Source of the DNA: Octopus sinensis
Taxonomy: Eukaryota
Length of the DNA: 64,000 nucleotides
Reading direction: 5' to 3'
Assembly (NCBI RefSeq): GCF_006345805.1
Contig: NC_043014.1
Coordinates: 21,762,001 to 21,826,000 of the forward strand
Below the pieces are notes generated by a model. The model was not told the DNA's origin and did not search any database. It worked only from the letters and a program-made list of their open reading frames with translations. A program made the position numbers and the translations under genes. Shown one piece after another: positions 1 to 12,548 of the stretch. The first letter of the stretch is position 1; the number at the start of each line of letters is the position of its first letter.

Positions 1-671
1 TTGTTTACATTAGCATAGTAGTCACTTTATTATATTTGTACTCTACAATTGTATTGAGTACTCTTTACTTTGTTCAGAATATTACTTGCATGTGTAAATA
101 CAATTATATACACAAGTACATGTACACAAAGGGAAAGGTTGTTCTTTACATAATAACAATATTGATCAAAACGAGGATATTGAGAATGCAGTCATATTTT
201 TAACGACAATTTGTTTCCAGGTCACATGATTCATATTCTTACAAAACTAAACAGCAAATGTCATGAATTGTATAACACAATTGCATTAATCTACAATTGT
301 TTCATTAAAATATATAAAAAATGTTTTGGCAAATAACAACAAAAGACATTTCTATGAAATAGAAGAATGTTTTACATTTTTTTTTAATAAAAGGAAAATG
401 TGAACAGAGTATTCTCTAAAATACAATATATTTTTTGCCATAAGAATATATCAAAAAATACTTTTTACTAAAAAAAAATTTTAAAAACAGGAAATCCTGT
501 GAAATAGATATTTTACTAAACACTGCAGAATATCTTATGAAATATTTTTATATTTTAAGTAAAATGTATTGTAAGATTTATAAACAGGACAGTGAATCAG
601 AACAGTAGAAAATAGAATACAAAAAAACTAGATATAGAAGATTGGTCTATATATCTCAATAATTTTTTTTC

Positions 672-862
672 AGCACACCTGTTTCTGCCCTCATTTTTTA
701 TCACTTTCTCTCCTTCCCTTGCTCTTCCCTCTGGCTGGGTAACCATGTATCTCCTCTATAGTAGCACACCTGTTTCTGTCCTCATTTTTGTTATATCTCT
801 CTCTCTCTGGCTGGGTAACCATGTACCTCCTCTATGGCAAGACACCTATTTCTGTTTCTGTC
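672..862. repeat. Local tandem duplication, about 2.5 copies of gcacacctgtttctg...ctctggctgggtaaccatgta
   Basis: Near-identical blocks at about 672-765 and 762-840, plus a partial third copy. Confidence 0.8.
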
Positions 863-959
863 ATACTCTATCTAACCTTTCATCATCTGACACAAGATTA
901 CCTCCTCCAATGCCCTCTCCCCTCACAAAGGTTTTATTGTCTTGGAAGTTACTTGGTGA

Positions 960-1190
960 CTCTGTCAGTGCTGGTGCCACATAAAAAGCATCCAGTCCAC
1001 ACTGTAAAGCGATTGGCATTTGGAAAGGCATCCAGTTGTAAAAATCATACCAAAATTGACCTTGCCTGTGCTGGTGCCACAAAAAGCACTCAGTCCACTC
1101 TGCAGGGTGGTTGGTTTTAAAAAGGGCATCCAGCTATAAAACTATGCCAAAACAGACACATGGGAGGAGGATGTTAAACGATGATGATGG
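960..1190 (+). mobile_element. RTE-LINE 3' tail / SINE-tail fragments ending in (GAT)n
   Basis: aagggcatccagct...gttaaacgatgatgat motif shared with the RTE 3' end at 24650-24811. Other copies at about 1525-1655, 4530-4862, 36470-36580, 50095-50280 and 57125-57227. Confidence 0.75.
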
Positions 1191-1879
1191 AAATTCCTTC
1201 CATTAATTTGGAAAATTAATTGTATTCTTAACATCTAAATTTCTGTCTAGAGATTTTGGATAGAGTTTATAGAAATAAACTTTAAACATCTTTTGTTTTA
1301 GATTGACAGTGTAAGGATTCAGCCTCTGCAGATGAAACCAAAACAGTTCTGCTTTGTATAGCACCCAGTAAATGATATCAACACTGTAGTATGCTTTAGA
1401 CTGATCTATATTGATCGGAAATCAATCAAAGCCAGATCTAGTGCCAACCTGTTCTATGATGTATCACATAGTATGGGTAAATCTGTCAAAGGCCTCCACA
1501 ACAAAATTGATATCAGTGTTGGTGTCACATTAAAAGCACACATTACACTCTCTGGAGTAGTTGGTGTTGGAAAGGGCATCCAGCCCCTGGCCTTACCAGC
1601 TTTGACTGAACCATCCAACCCATGCCAGCATGGAAAAGACATTAAATGATGATGATTCCAATTATAATGCTGACAATGATTGCCAACTTTTCAGCTAGGA
1701 GCTTTGCCAAAATGTTTTCCTCTGTATTAAGCATAGTTTGGGGATGGAATCTTATACCTCCCCTCTGGATAATTTGTAGTGTTTATTTATATTGTGTTGA
1801 TAAGAGTACGGGATGTTTCTGCATTTCTACACTAAAACACAATTCTTCAAGGCATTCTCTCAATTTCCTGTAATTCAGA

Positions 1880-2335
1880 CTGCCTGATGATCTCAGCTGA
1901 CAAAATGGAAAATGCGTTACCCTGAGGATGGCAAGGGAGGTGCACTGGAACAGTCACTCTGACTGACAGCAATTGCACTCACAGATAGCCATTTCTGCCT
2001 GATAGCAGTGTGCAAGAATATGGTCCAGGAGCCAAGAATGCCGAAGATCTCCACTGCCACAGGCTCAACCATAAACCTGTTGGAAAGCAACAGATACTGA
2101 GACAGCTTGCTTTTCTCAGCCTGATGAGCAGCGGAGCCTAGGCTGAACACACCAAGTTGCTGCTGATAAAGGTGTCACAGCATGTGGTATCCCAAATAAA
2201 GGGCCTACTGCCATGGAACAGGAAAACTGTCATACTGTCAGGCCTTTTACTTTCCCTTGGTCTAGCTCTGCTGGTTCAAGCTGGGATGAGAAGCCTGCAG
2301 CATCTAGGCCATGCTTTATGAATTCATCTCCCTAA
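1880..2335 (-). mobile_element. Decayed CRE-like non-LTR retrotransposon, restriction-like endonuclease (REL) domain fragment
   Basis: Broken frames give LDAAGFSSQLEP...RPD...IWDTTCCDTF, GSAAHQAEKSKLSQY...RFMVEPVAVEIFG and GNAFSI, matching the REL C-terminal pattern. Confidence 0.65.
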
Positions 2336-3902
2336 TAATGATGTTTTATATTGGCACAAAGCTTAGTAATTATAATATTAATTCATTCAAATATGTAATT
2401 GTTTCTGTTTTACTAACAGGGATTGTATCATTCTGCAGATTCCATACATTTTAATATGGTGATAGTGATGGAGAACTATAATACTATGGCCTGAATTAAG
2501 GACACAAATCACAGCTTGGATACACTTATGTTCTTTTTTTCCAATGTTTTAGAACCTGATATATGCTCTGCTAGACATTGACACACATCGCGTGTCAGGA
2601 AGTGCCTGATACCATGGTTATATGAATGTCAGTGTAATATCGACAATGTGTACAGCTTCACCATGCTATGCCTGCCACTGCAACTATTCCTGGTAACTGA
2701 TGGCGTTAGTCGTAGCAAGGGAAATAACCTAATTTATCTGACTAGCAAGAGTTTTTTTTCTTTAGTGTTCACTTTGCCTTCACAGCTGCTAAAAGAACCT
2801 CCAAGCAAGTCTATAAAGGAATGTCTCTATGGTCACTCGACCTGCCAGAAATAACAGCTATATCTTACATAGTCGTAGATACACTTTGTTGGAAAATGTA
2901 TGATGGTCATGGCTGGAAGACTTAAATGACAGATCTACTCAATCAGGTCTGACTTGAGGCCAAACAACATGTATGTTCCAATCTGATGCACCACACTAAA
3001 ATATAATAGACCTGGGGGAAAAATACCTCAGAATACCAAGGCTGCATTCTTCAGGCTCTATATTACTGAATGGATAGTTAGATAATTAAATTGTGAACTT
3101 AATAATTTTACCCTGTCTCCTACCTTATGCTTCAACAAATTATTAAAGTTGATTTCACAGCTCTTTACATTCCAGGGTTTAAACCTACAGAGAACAGTAC
3201 ACACACACACATTTATAGTATAGTAAGACAACACGTTAATGCTGTTAGCAGGAGAGTTTAGCAAGTTAAAGGAAGTGGGTGAAATATTATAACCAAATAA
3301 GTTAAAAACAGAAAAAAAAAAGTGAAATGAAGAATGGGGAAATTTAATTTTTGTGATTGACTTGGGGGTATGAAAGTTTTAGTTTTAAGGGTTTTAGCAG
3401 TTTCAGGAATTTCAAAAGGAATTTCAAAAGAATATTTTATTATTTTTTCAAAAAATCTTAGACAGACAGATAGAAAAGTAAACAGATAGATAGACAGACA
3501 GACAGAGATGGGTAGACAGACAAAAGCTCAGATAGGGAGTCTCAATAGAGTGAAAGTCTAACCTACATGTGTCATGTGACCTGTAGAGAGCCTTGTTGCT
3601 GGTGTTGAGTTACTCAGACACATGTGAGTAGCTCTCTCTTATAATCCATCTCGCAAATCCTAACATACCAATGTAGTAGGGCTGAATAAGCTGAAATCCA
3701 GGTATATCCTTTCAAATACTTAAGCTCAGTAACTCAGCATCCTTTAAACTCAACAACAAATCACATTTTTTCCTTGTTTGATTTTTCAATATTTAAGGAC
3801 AGCCAGGCAGAATCGCAAGACAGTCAAAAATGTGCCAAGCGATTATAACTGGTTCTTTATGCTCCTAGTTCAAATCACTCCTGTACGAACTTGTTATAGG
3901 TG

Positions 3903-4270
3903 CAGGCATGGCTGTGTGATAAGAAGCTTGCTTCCCAACAACATGGTTTTAGGTTCAATCCCACTGTGTGGCACCTTGGGCAAGTGACTTCTACTATAGC
4001 CTTGTGCCAACCAAAGTCTTGTAAATGGATTTGGAAGAAGGAAACTGAAAGAAGCCTGTCGTATGTGTGCCCCAACACATACGATTTGATGGCCGGTGTT
4101 GGTGTTTACGTACCCATAATTTCGCAGTTCAACAAAAGGGACTGACAGACTAACTATCGGGCTTTAAAAAAATTAGTACTGAGGTTGATTCATTCAACTA
4201 CAAGTTCTTCAAGGTGATGCCCCAGCATGGCCACGGTCTAATGCCTGAAACAAGTAAAAGGTAAAAGATA
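3903..4270 (+). mobile_element. tRNA-derived SINE, family A
   Basis: tRNA-like head (ggcatggctgtgtg..ggttcaatcccactg) and 3' part ending gaaacaagtaaaag; many copies in the window. Confidence 0.8.
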
Positions 4271-5247
4271 ATACAAGCAATCAGTCACAGCTCATAAGCC
4301 CTGTAAGGTCATTCATGATGAGGTAACCATCTGTACATTTGTTTCCTCTAATCTAACTGCTTAGAGGGAGAGAAAGTCCACAACTGTACTCTGTCTAACT
4401 AGCACTCCATCTGTTACTACGACGAGGGTTCAAGTTGATCCAATCAACTGAACAGCCTGCTCATGAAATGAATGTACAAGTGGCTGAGCACTCTAGATGC
4501 ACATATCCTTAACATAGTTCTCAGGGAGTGTAAAAGCATCCATGCAGTGCCATACGAAAGTGCCTATGGGTGCCATGTAAAAGTACCTCTGCAGTGTCAT
4601 GTAAAAGCACCCAGCACACTGTAAAGTAGTTGGCATTAGGAAGGGCATCCAGCTGTAAAAACCCTAACCCTACCCATGATGAAATCTCTATTGTTACAAG
4701 TAAACACTAGGGAAAAATGGTGTTGGCGACATTTAAAAAAAAAATAGAAAAGAAAAAGAAATTAGGGTTAGGGTCTGAAGTCTGATGCAGCTTGCCAGCT
4801 CTGGTCAAACCATTCAACCCATGCCAGCATGGACAATTCTTGTTAAATAATGATGATGATGATAATTCAGCAGAATATGACAAAGCTGGCCCTTTTGAAA
4901 TACAGGTTCCACTCATTTTTGTCAGCTGAGTAGACTGGAGCAACATGAAATAAAGTATCTAGCTCAAGAGTACAGTGAACCAATGGAAATTGAACTCACA
5001 GCCTTATGATTGCCTACCAAATATCCTGTTTACCCAGCTGTAAATAGACATCATGTAGAGATACAGTTCACTGCTTTAACTTTGTAACAAGAAGAAACAC
5101 ATTTCTTTGCCGTGGCCTTCAGTGAAGCCCTTCATTACTTTGTTGTTTGCGGTTCAATTTCTTCTTTCAGTACAGCCTTCAGGGAACAGTGTTTTTACAG
5201 GTCAACCTGCTTTATCTACACTCATAAAGCCAAGTCCTTAACCATTT

Positions 5248-5465
5248 AGCATTCAGATTATTCTGTCAAATGTAATGCTTATTTGTTCACATTGTTTTGA
5301 ATTAATTATGCATTATCTTATAGCTTTGAGATTTCGATGATGTGATTGTTTATTTTAAAATGACATTGTATGGCAGGTGTGAGAGGCCAGATCTATCTGA
5401 TTTTAAGATAGATTAACAAGTAGAATATTTTAGCCAGCTATGGTTAGCTTATGCAAGCCCTCAAC
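5248..5465. mobile_element. Short non-autonomous DNA element (ttaaccatttagcattc... start; piggyBac-type MITE remnant)
   Basis: Begins with a TTAA-CC terminus; other end degraded. Confidence 0.4.
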
Positions 5466-5622
5466 CTTCTAGAAATAGCAACCAAATCTCCCTCGTATTA
5501 AATTCCACCATCTTGAAAAAATTACACTGGATAATACCATCCTAGAAACACTACATGCCTGAATAAGACAGGATGGTCATGATTGAAATACCTTTGATCA
5601 TGTCTTCTCAATTAGGCTTGAT

Positions 5623-5778
5623 CTATAGCTGCTCAGCAACAAACACCATCACACAAAGACAAAGCAAAGCCAGTGATATCACAACAAACCAGTGAATCAT
5701 ACCACCACCATTCCCACCAGATCCAAAATGAAAGGTTTCAAACTGAGGGGAGGAGCCACTATATGGTTGCTCAAGCTG
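5623..5778 (-). CDS. Candidate terminal or penultimate exon, QLEQPYSGSSPQFETFHFGSGGNGGGMIHWFVVISLALLCLCVMVFVAEQL*
   Basis: Acceptor ttgctccttttag(cag); 51 open codons in the required phase 0. No homology recognised; a possible internal donor (gtatga) exists. Confidence 0.4.
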   Translation of the reverse strand, partial: QLEQPYSGSSPQFETFHFGSGGNGGGMIHWFVVISLALLCLCVMVFVAEQL

Positions 5779-6178
5779 CTAAAAGGAGCAACTAATCTCC
5801 TTCAAACCACACTCATCTATCTTAAATGGAAAAAAAGACAGTGAAAAATGTAACCCAAAATACATTAAGCCAGAAAAAAGAAGGAATGGTCTTTGATTAT
5901 AAGCCTGCTCATTTGGAGTTGACCTTAAAGATTTATATACTAACACTCCATCAGTTATGATGAGGATTCCAGTTGATCCAATCAACAGAAGAGCCTGTTC
6001 ATGGAATTAATGTGCAAGTAGCTGAACACTCCTCCACAGATACGTGTACCCTTAATGGGAGATTCAGTGTGACAAGGCTGGCTCCTTGAAATACAAATAC
6101 TACACATTTTTGCCAGCTGAGATTTAACAATAACTTCAACTGCAACAATAACAGAAAGGTTTGGGTCTCAATACTTAC

Positions 6179-6385
6179 CGGCATCACTGGTCTTGTGAGA
6201 AGATTCTCAGAGGGCACTGTAGTTTGACCAGGTTTTGTAGACAGTGTGTGACTGGTAACAAATAAGTTGGCTATGTTTGGTCCTCGGTCCATGATATATG
6301 AATGAGACACAGTTGATAGTTGGATATTTTGTATATCACCCTCTCCCCCTCCAGATATACAGTCACCATCTTCAACTGGACAAAT
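6179..6385 (-). CDS. TMEM145: TMEM145-like C-terminal tail exon, ICPVEDGDCISGGG...GPNIANLF...RPVMP (207 bp, phase 0-0)
   Basis: Acceptor ttcttatcag, donor gtaagt; open in phase 0; PNIANLF resembles the family PNFxELF tail motif. Confidence 0.72.
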
Positions 6386-7457
6386 CTGATAAGAAAAAAC
6401 CAATCAATAAATACTGGTTCCAAATTTTGGTACAAGGCCTACAAGCTCAGGGAAGGGTGTTTAGTCAATTATTTTATCTACCCTGAAAAGATGAAAGGCA
6501 AGGTAGACCTCGGAATAATTTGAACTCAGAACACAAAGATAGACAAAATGCCACTAAGTGTTTCACCTTAGTGTGCTAAGAATTCTGCTAGTTCACTGCC
6601 TTCAACCAATCAATAAATAAATATTGATAAACAATAGGGAACCGCCACAATGATATAAGACAGGTATGATGGAAGATATGCTCAAGTACTGTCATTTACC
6701 ATTTAATTCTCAAGATTTGTTAAGTACCAGTAATATACTGGTTCAATTCAAATAACTATACTTATCACTTACTGATTTATGACCTTGTGCCATTATAACA
6801 GAACAAAACAAAGATTGGTGAGGGTTTTTGCTGCTGTGTGAACCAAATGATGACTGACTACACTATCTGGTTAGATGCTATATCAGAATAGACCCATCCA
6901 ACCCATGCCAGTATGGGAAAACAGAGGTAAAACAAGGATGATTGTAAGGTGGCAAATTACAGAGGCATTTGAGTAGCAGACAAATTACTTTGTAGTATTT
7001 ATGCTAGCTTCTTGTGTTCTGAATTCAAAACCTGCTAAGGTCAATTTTGCCAGTCGTCATTCTGAGATTGATAACGTTGCAGTCTGAACTGTGATAAGCT
7101 GACAGAATCATTAAAACATCATAGATGATGTTTTGTGGTATTTATTCCAGTTGTTTGCATTTCAAGTTTAAATACTGACCGGGCCTATTTGGCTGATTAC
7201 TCTTAATCTGTTGCCAGCTTAACACCATTACCTGATCCTGGGATATCTTTAACATGATACACTCAGTTGAAAGCATTTGGGTCAGGTTCCCATTCAGAGG
7301 ATATTTCCCTCCATTTCCTGCCATCAATCTCAGAGGTCCTATAAAGGATCATTGGGTACAACCCTTCCTCTCCTGACTAATGCAAAATAAAATAACATTC
7401 AGTGGATAATGAGTAACTGAAAGAGTATATAGTCAATGGTAAAAATAGTGGTCTTAC

Positions 7458-7517
7458 TTGAGATGTTTTGATGTGAAATGGGAAGATTCTGTTGATCAAG
7501 ACAGGACTAGTGAGAAA
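7458..7517 (-). CDS. TMEM145: TMEM145-like coding exon, FLTSPVLINRIFPFHIKTSQ (60 bp, phase 0-0)
   Basis: Acceptor gtatttcag, donor gtaaga; NxxFPFHxxTSQ motif. Confidence 0.9.
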
Positions 7518-7748
7518 CTGAAATACGAAAACAACACAGTTGTCACTCAAACTGGCCGAGATAGGAAGGATGAAGTAGAAGCTGTGAAGGATGAGGTAAT
7601 GATGGAGTTCCTGAAACATTCTCAAACAGCCAGTTAGTTATACATGGTCAGATGGCTGAAGTGGAATGTCCAGGATATTTTGATAATCCAACAAGCTACA
7701 CTGATGAACACAAAAAGGATAAGATGATGGAGAAGGAGCCATACTCAC

Positions 7749-7869
7749 CAAAAACACTAGATGTGCATAAAAGTCAATAAATATTTCAACTCCATTGACA
7801 ATTTTTTCCCTCAAATGCCAAGGAACTGCATTATTAGCAACAAGAAATGTTATCACAGTAGCCCAGAAC
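7749..7869 (-). CDS. TMEM145: TMEM145-like coding exon, (W)FWATV...REKIVNGVEIFIDFYAHLVFL (121 bp, phase 2-0)
   Basis: Acceptor cttatatccag, donor gtgagt; REKIVNG motif. Confidence 0.92.
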
Positions 7870-8273
7870 CTGGATATAAGCAAAACAAATATACAGTATT
7901 TGAATATTTGAGAAGGTATCAAAGCATAAATCCTGTTCTTACAGAATTTGAATTGAAAGATTTGATTTCATGAGCTCACTCAGCCCCACTCTTTACAATA
8001 ACACCCACAAATATTTGTATATATGTTTGAGAAGTAACAAATGATAGTGGTAATCTTGTATTACACCATTTCACTATAATAGGGATGGTCCTGTGTTACC
8101 CCATTATACAGGAATTTTCCTGTATTACACCATTTCATCATATGGTGAAGGTACTGTATTACCCCACTCCAGATGGCCCAGTGTTATCCCACCCTACCAG
8201 ACTGTGATAGTGCTGTATGACCCCACCCCACTCCATCTTACAAACACAATACTTTGCATTATTTTAGCTTGTA

Positions 8274-10640
8274 CTAACAGAAGTACCCAGTGTTGCCCGG
8301 TATAACTCTCAATGGAGTAGTCAATCAAATGAACCAAGACTTCTTTCAAACACAACTATAGAATTTACAGGTATAAAGAGGGCCTTTGAACGTTTGCTAC
8401 GAAACATCTCTGCAGTGATGCTGCCAGCAAAGATGAATCCAATGGTAACAATTTAATCTTGCTGGCCCTGAAGAGAGCCTTGGATGGTTCACTCTTAAAA
8501 GTCTCAGTGGCAGTGTTACCAGCAAAGATGAATCCAGTGATAACAATTTATAGTTGGTGGCCCTGAAGAGGACCTTTTAATGTTCACTTTGAATTATCTC
8601 AGCGGCAGGGCTACCAGCAAAGATGAATCCGATGGTAACAATTTAAACTTGGTGGCCCTGAAGAAGACCTTGGATCGTTCATTTTTAAAGTCCCAGCAGC
8701 AAAGACAACTCCAATTAGAGGTGGTGGCCCTTAAGAAGTCCTTCATACCACTTTAGTGTGTCGTATTTGTTTTGCTTGTTATTTGAGATTGTAACCTAGA
8801 AAAGCATGTAAAACAGCCTTGACAAGATCATGCTGGAATGTCAAAAAAATATGTAAATAAGATGTAAGGAAAAGTAGATTAATTGAGTTAAAACTACAAA
8901 GCATGATAGCAACATATAAATGTGGAAAATGGAGACATTGAACATTTATAATGTATAGCAAAAGCAACTAGAGGTGTACGTGGCATTGTCCAAAAGGACA
9001 AAAATAGCATACAGATACAGCAAATGTAAGCACTCATACAAAAAACAGAGATTATTTGTTGGCAGATAGGGAGCCCAAAAAACTTCCTTATAGACTATAT
9101 TTTGGGATTTCTCGCAAGTCACAAAAGCAAATAGGTTATGTCGGCTCCCCACTCGAGAGCAGCCAACATATAGTTGACCATGGGAGAAAGACAGTTCTTC
9201 TAAATTAACCCCTACAACCATCAGCACCTGACCCTGTGATTTGTTAATTGACATGGTGAAACTGAACCAGAGAGGGAATTGCAGCCTTCTGAATGTGAAA
9301 GGAATGTCTTTACCAAGTGGAATGAGAGGTACCCTTGGTATGAAGACAGTATCCCCTTACCATTCCCTGTAAGTATTATTGCCTCACTAATATGAAGCAT
9401 CACCTTTTGGACGACCAGACGCATGCCATTGCAAAGCCTGGGGGTTCCAAATCCCTGAGGAGCATGACAGGAGCACCTTTCTTAAGTCGCAATAAGTGTG
9501 GTGGCAATCTGGGAAGATCTAAGGAGTTAAGAAATTCTGTGGGGTAATTAACAACTTTATCTGGATCAGCCATAGAGTCAAGGGACTTGTAGATGTGCAG
9601 GTTTCCAGGCAAGCACTGCATGAGCTGTTCATTGATGTTTCCAACTATGTGGTTTTTCAAAGCCAATATTGTGCATTCATACAACCACTCTTGATTTGTG
9701 TAGTTCTCCTCAAGATTAGGAAAAACAGGCATCTGTAACCCAGCAATTGACTTAATGCATCTGCAAATCTTTGTGAGGTCCACTGCACCATCTCCATTGA
9801 GTGGAACTTTGCCATCTCCCAACAACAAAATGGTAGCAGCTAAACCTGCTGATGTCTCATCACCTTGCAGTTGTGCTCTCATATTTGTTGCATCAGCCTT
9901 CTTGTTGCGTCAGCCTTCTTACATATTGCCAAAGTTGGGAGGCCTTAAGGCATGCACCAAACTCATCAGCCTGCGTACCTGTTGGGATTACAGGCAGAGT
10001 CTATCAGAAGTCCCTATATAACAAGAAGTGACACCTCTCATTGGTCCTTGACAGTCCCTGATGTTTCTGAGTGACTGGTCTAATGCCTTAAAAGCCACCT
10101 TGTGCCATTGTGCATTCGTCCCAAGCAATTAGTAGGTAGCACTTTAACACCAGTGCTTTTCAGGAAGACTTACTGATGTTGCACATGGGTGTCTCAAATG
10201 ATGCCACATTGAGAGGAAGACTGAAGGCAGAATGGGCCGTCCTGCCACCAGGCAGTAAAGTTGCTGCAATGCCAAAAGAAACCACAGCAAGTAAAAGTTT
10301 GATTACAAATGTTTTGTTCGTACTTCCAGGTGTGTCCAGGAAGAATATACCCCTCCCCAATTATGGATTGAATCAATGACAATGTTGAAGGCTTGTTTTG
10401 GATCCATTAGAAGTTTTAGTTCATTTTCTTCAACATACCTTTTGAGTTCGTCAACATCATATGATGTTTCATAAATAATGTCGTTGGGAATGTCAGATGG
10501 CACATTTTGAAGTGTTTGTGGAAGCCCATATTTCTCTAAGGCATCTCTGCCCATTGAAAATACCAAATCAATCTGATTCAGACCACACTACAACTTTTCC
10601 AGTCGTCCACCTTCCCAATAAACCTGATATGGACCCTCGA
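8274..10640 (-). mobile_element. Decayed Helitron: Pif1-family helicase fragments and 3' hairpin/TTAG terminus
   Basis: ORF pieces: GIFFLDTPGSTNKTF (Walker A-like), GIAATLLPGGRTAHS, LPPHLLRLKKGAPVMLLR, SINKSQGQ...FSHGQLYVGCSRV. Terminus at 8274 with hairpin cccag-tgttgc-ccgg; 5' boundary approximate. Confidence 0.9.
8378..8745. repeat. 95-bp tandem array (about 3.5 copies) in the Helitron 3' region
   Basis: ccagcaaagatgaatcc recurs at 8424, 8519 and 8614. Confidence 0.9.
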
Positions 10641-10939
10641 GTCAATAGCAAGACTGAGTGTGATAACAAGGCTCTGTATGTATATGTATATACAATGACC
10701 CTTTCCACAAATTTATTCCACACACACACTCACACAGTATCAGAACCAAATGAACAGCCTCAATCACAAGTGTATTCCTCCTCTTTTATTAAATGGAAAT
10801 ATAAAAGTAGTTGTAAGTAGTGACTTCATTTGTCAAGCCCTAAAAGTAGGGGGACACATTTTAGAGTGGGGCCAAAAAGTAAAAAAAAAAAACCACAAAA
10901 ATAAAAAGGAATCAAAAGAAAATGAGGAAACAAACTCAC

Positions 10940-11112
10940 CAGAGTGTAAAAACAAAAAAGAAGAAAATATAAAAAGATAGTTTCTCAATGTGATGCTTGA
11001 TTGTCGTAACAATGGCATAGCAAAACCACAACCATCCAACAACTCGCATACCAATCAGCCCATAACCAGGGGGGCTTTCATAGCGGTACAGCACAATGCC
11101 AGGATCAAAAAA
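10940..11112 (-). CDS. TMEM145: TMEM145-like coding exon, FFDPGIVLYRYESPPGYGLIG...FFFFVFTL(W) (173 bp, phase 0-2)
   Basis: Acceptor ttcttaccag, donor gtgagt; YESPxGYG signature. Confidence 0.93.
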
Positions 11113-11636
11113 CTGGTAAGAAAAAGAAAACATCAGAATCTTTTTAATAATATACAAAAGTAAAATTAGATTGTTGTTGTTGTTGAACATTTGGTAGTTT
11201 CAGGCAAATTTCTACTGCCTCACCTGCTACACTTCTATGTTGCTGCAGTGTATGCAGCATGGTGTTCTTTTTTGTTGTTGGGAATGTGCAAACTCTTCCC
11301 AGTATTGTATCACATCAGTTTTTTTTATAGGGTGAGGTACAATCTTTTGTTGTATTAATGTTTGTATTGTGTTGTGTGTAATGCATTGGGTATTTAGCCT
11401 GCTGGTTGTAGTTTATTTCATTGGATATTTTCTGTATTTGTGGATTGTTTTGTTTAGGTTGTATTACTGAATTGATAGTGTCTTGCATAGAATGTGGGTT
11501 GTTCCTAGCAGGGTAATCTTTTGGATAGTGTGTAGTGTTGAGGATCCAGGTATAACTTCTACATTTTTGTTCATATGTTTTTTTTTTATCATGCAGGTAT
11601 TGTTTACACTTTCATGCCCCACTAAAAAAAGTGGTA

Positions 11637-11955
11637 AAGATCCCTTCGGTCATGAATGACTATGGGATGCACCTAGACAGTCCCCCAAAACAAGGTTGTT
11701 TTCTGGAAGACCAGCTGTCACCTGGGCATACCAGCCTCCCCTCTCCATGCCACTGATGTTATCCAAGGGAAAGGCAAAAGCTGATAAAGCATAGCACCAG
11801 TGACATTGCACTCATTTCTACAGCTAAGTGAAATGGGGCAACATGAAAATAAAGTATCTTGCTCAAGAACACAACACAGAGCCCAATCTAAGAATCAATC
11901 TCACTACCTCGTGATTGTGAGCCCAATGCTCTAACCACTGAACCATGCGCCTTCA
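11637..11955 (-). mobile_element. tRNA-derived SINE, family B
   Basis: Minus strand begins gaaggcgcatggttcagtggttagagcattgg (A-box-like). Homologous copies at about 18140-18400 and 4880-5015. Confidence 0.75.
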
Positions 11956-12114
11956 CTATTCTTATTCTTATTATTATTATAATTATTTCAATAGTTTTAA
12001 CATTATTGCATGCTTTCAATGTACAATCAAATGCAACTGTGTCACTTGGGTTATGTGCAGTGTTTTGTTTACATAATTTTTATTGTATTGAAAGTACTCT
12101 ACCTAACAGAAGGT

Positions 12115-12267
12115 GCAGGCATGGTTGTGTGGTAAGCAGCTTGCTTCCAAACCACATGATTCCAGGTTCAATCCCATTGCCTGACACTTTGGGTGTCTAT
12201 TACTACAGCCTTGGGCTGACCTAAGTCTTGCGGGTGGATTTGGTAGATGGTAACTGAAAGAAGCCCT

Positions 12268-12331
<64 letters not shown>

Positions 12332-12548
12332 TGTATGCATGCGTGCATGTGTTAGTCCACCACCACCACTTGACAACTAGTGTTGGTGTGTTTATGATGT
12401 GTTCACATCCCCAAAACTTCAGAAAAAGAGACTGATAGGTTCAAGAAAAAATAAGTGCTGGGGTGAAATCATTTGACTAAAATTTCTTAAAGCCGGCCCC
12501 AGCATGGCCACAATCTAATGACTGAAACAAGTAAAAGATAAAAGATAA
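12115..12548 (+). mobile_element. tRNA-derived SINE, family A, with internal (TG)n
   Basis: Homologous to 3903-4270. Confidence 0.8.

Noticed and set aside
3058-3264. Minus-strand ORF (...FKPWNVKSCE...) as the terminal exon
   Set aside because: Its acceptor needs phase 2, while the upstream donor at 6179 is phase 0 (giving an immediate stop); no homology.
3903-3975. tRNA genes at SINE heads
   Set aside because: No complete cloverleaf; each continues into a shared SINE body and is dispersed and diverged.
8460-8700. CTGAAGA motifs in the 95-bp Helitron array as tandem hammerheads
   Set aside because: GAAA is present in only one partial unit, stem II is weak, and stem I cannot be put in register with an NUH triplet.
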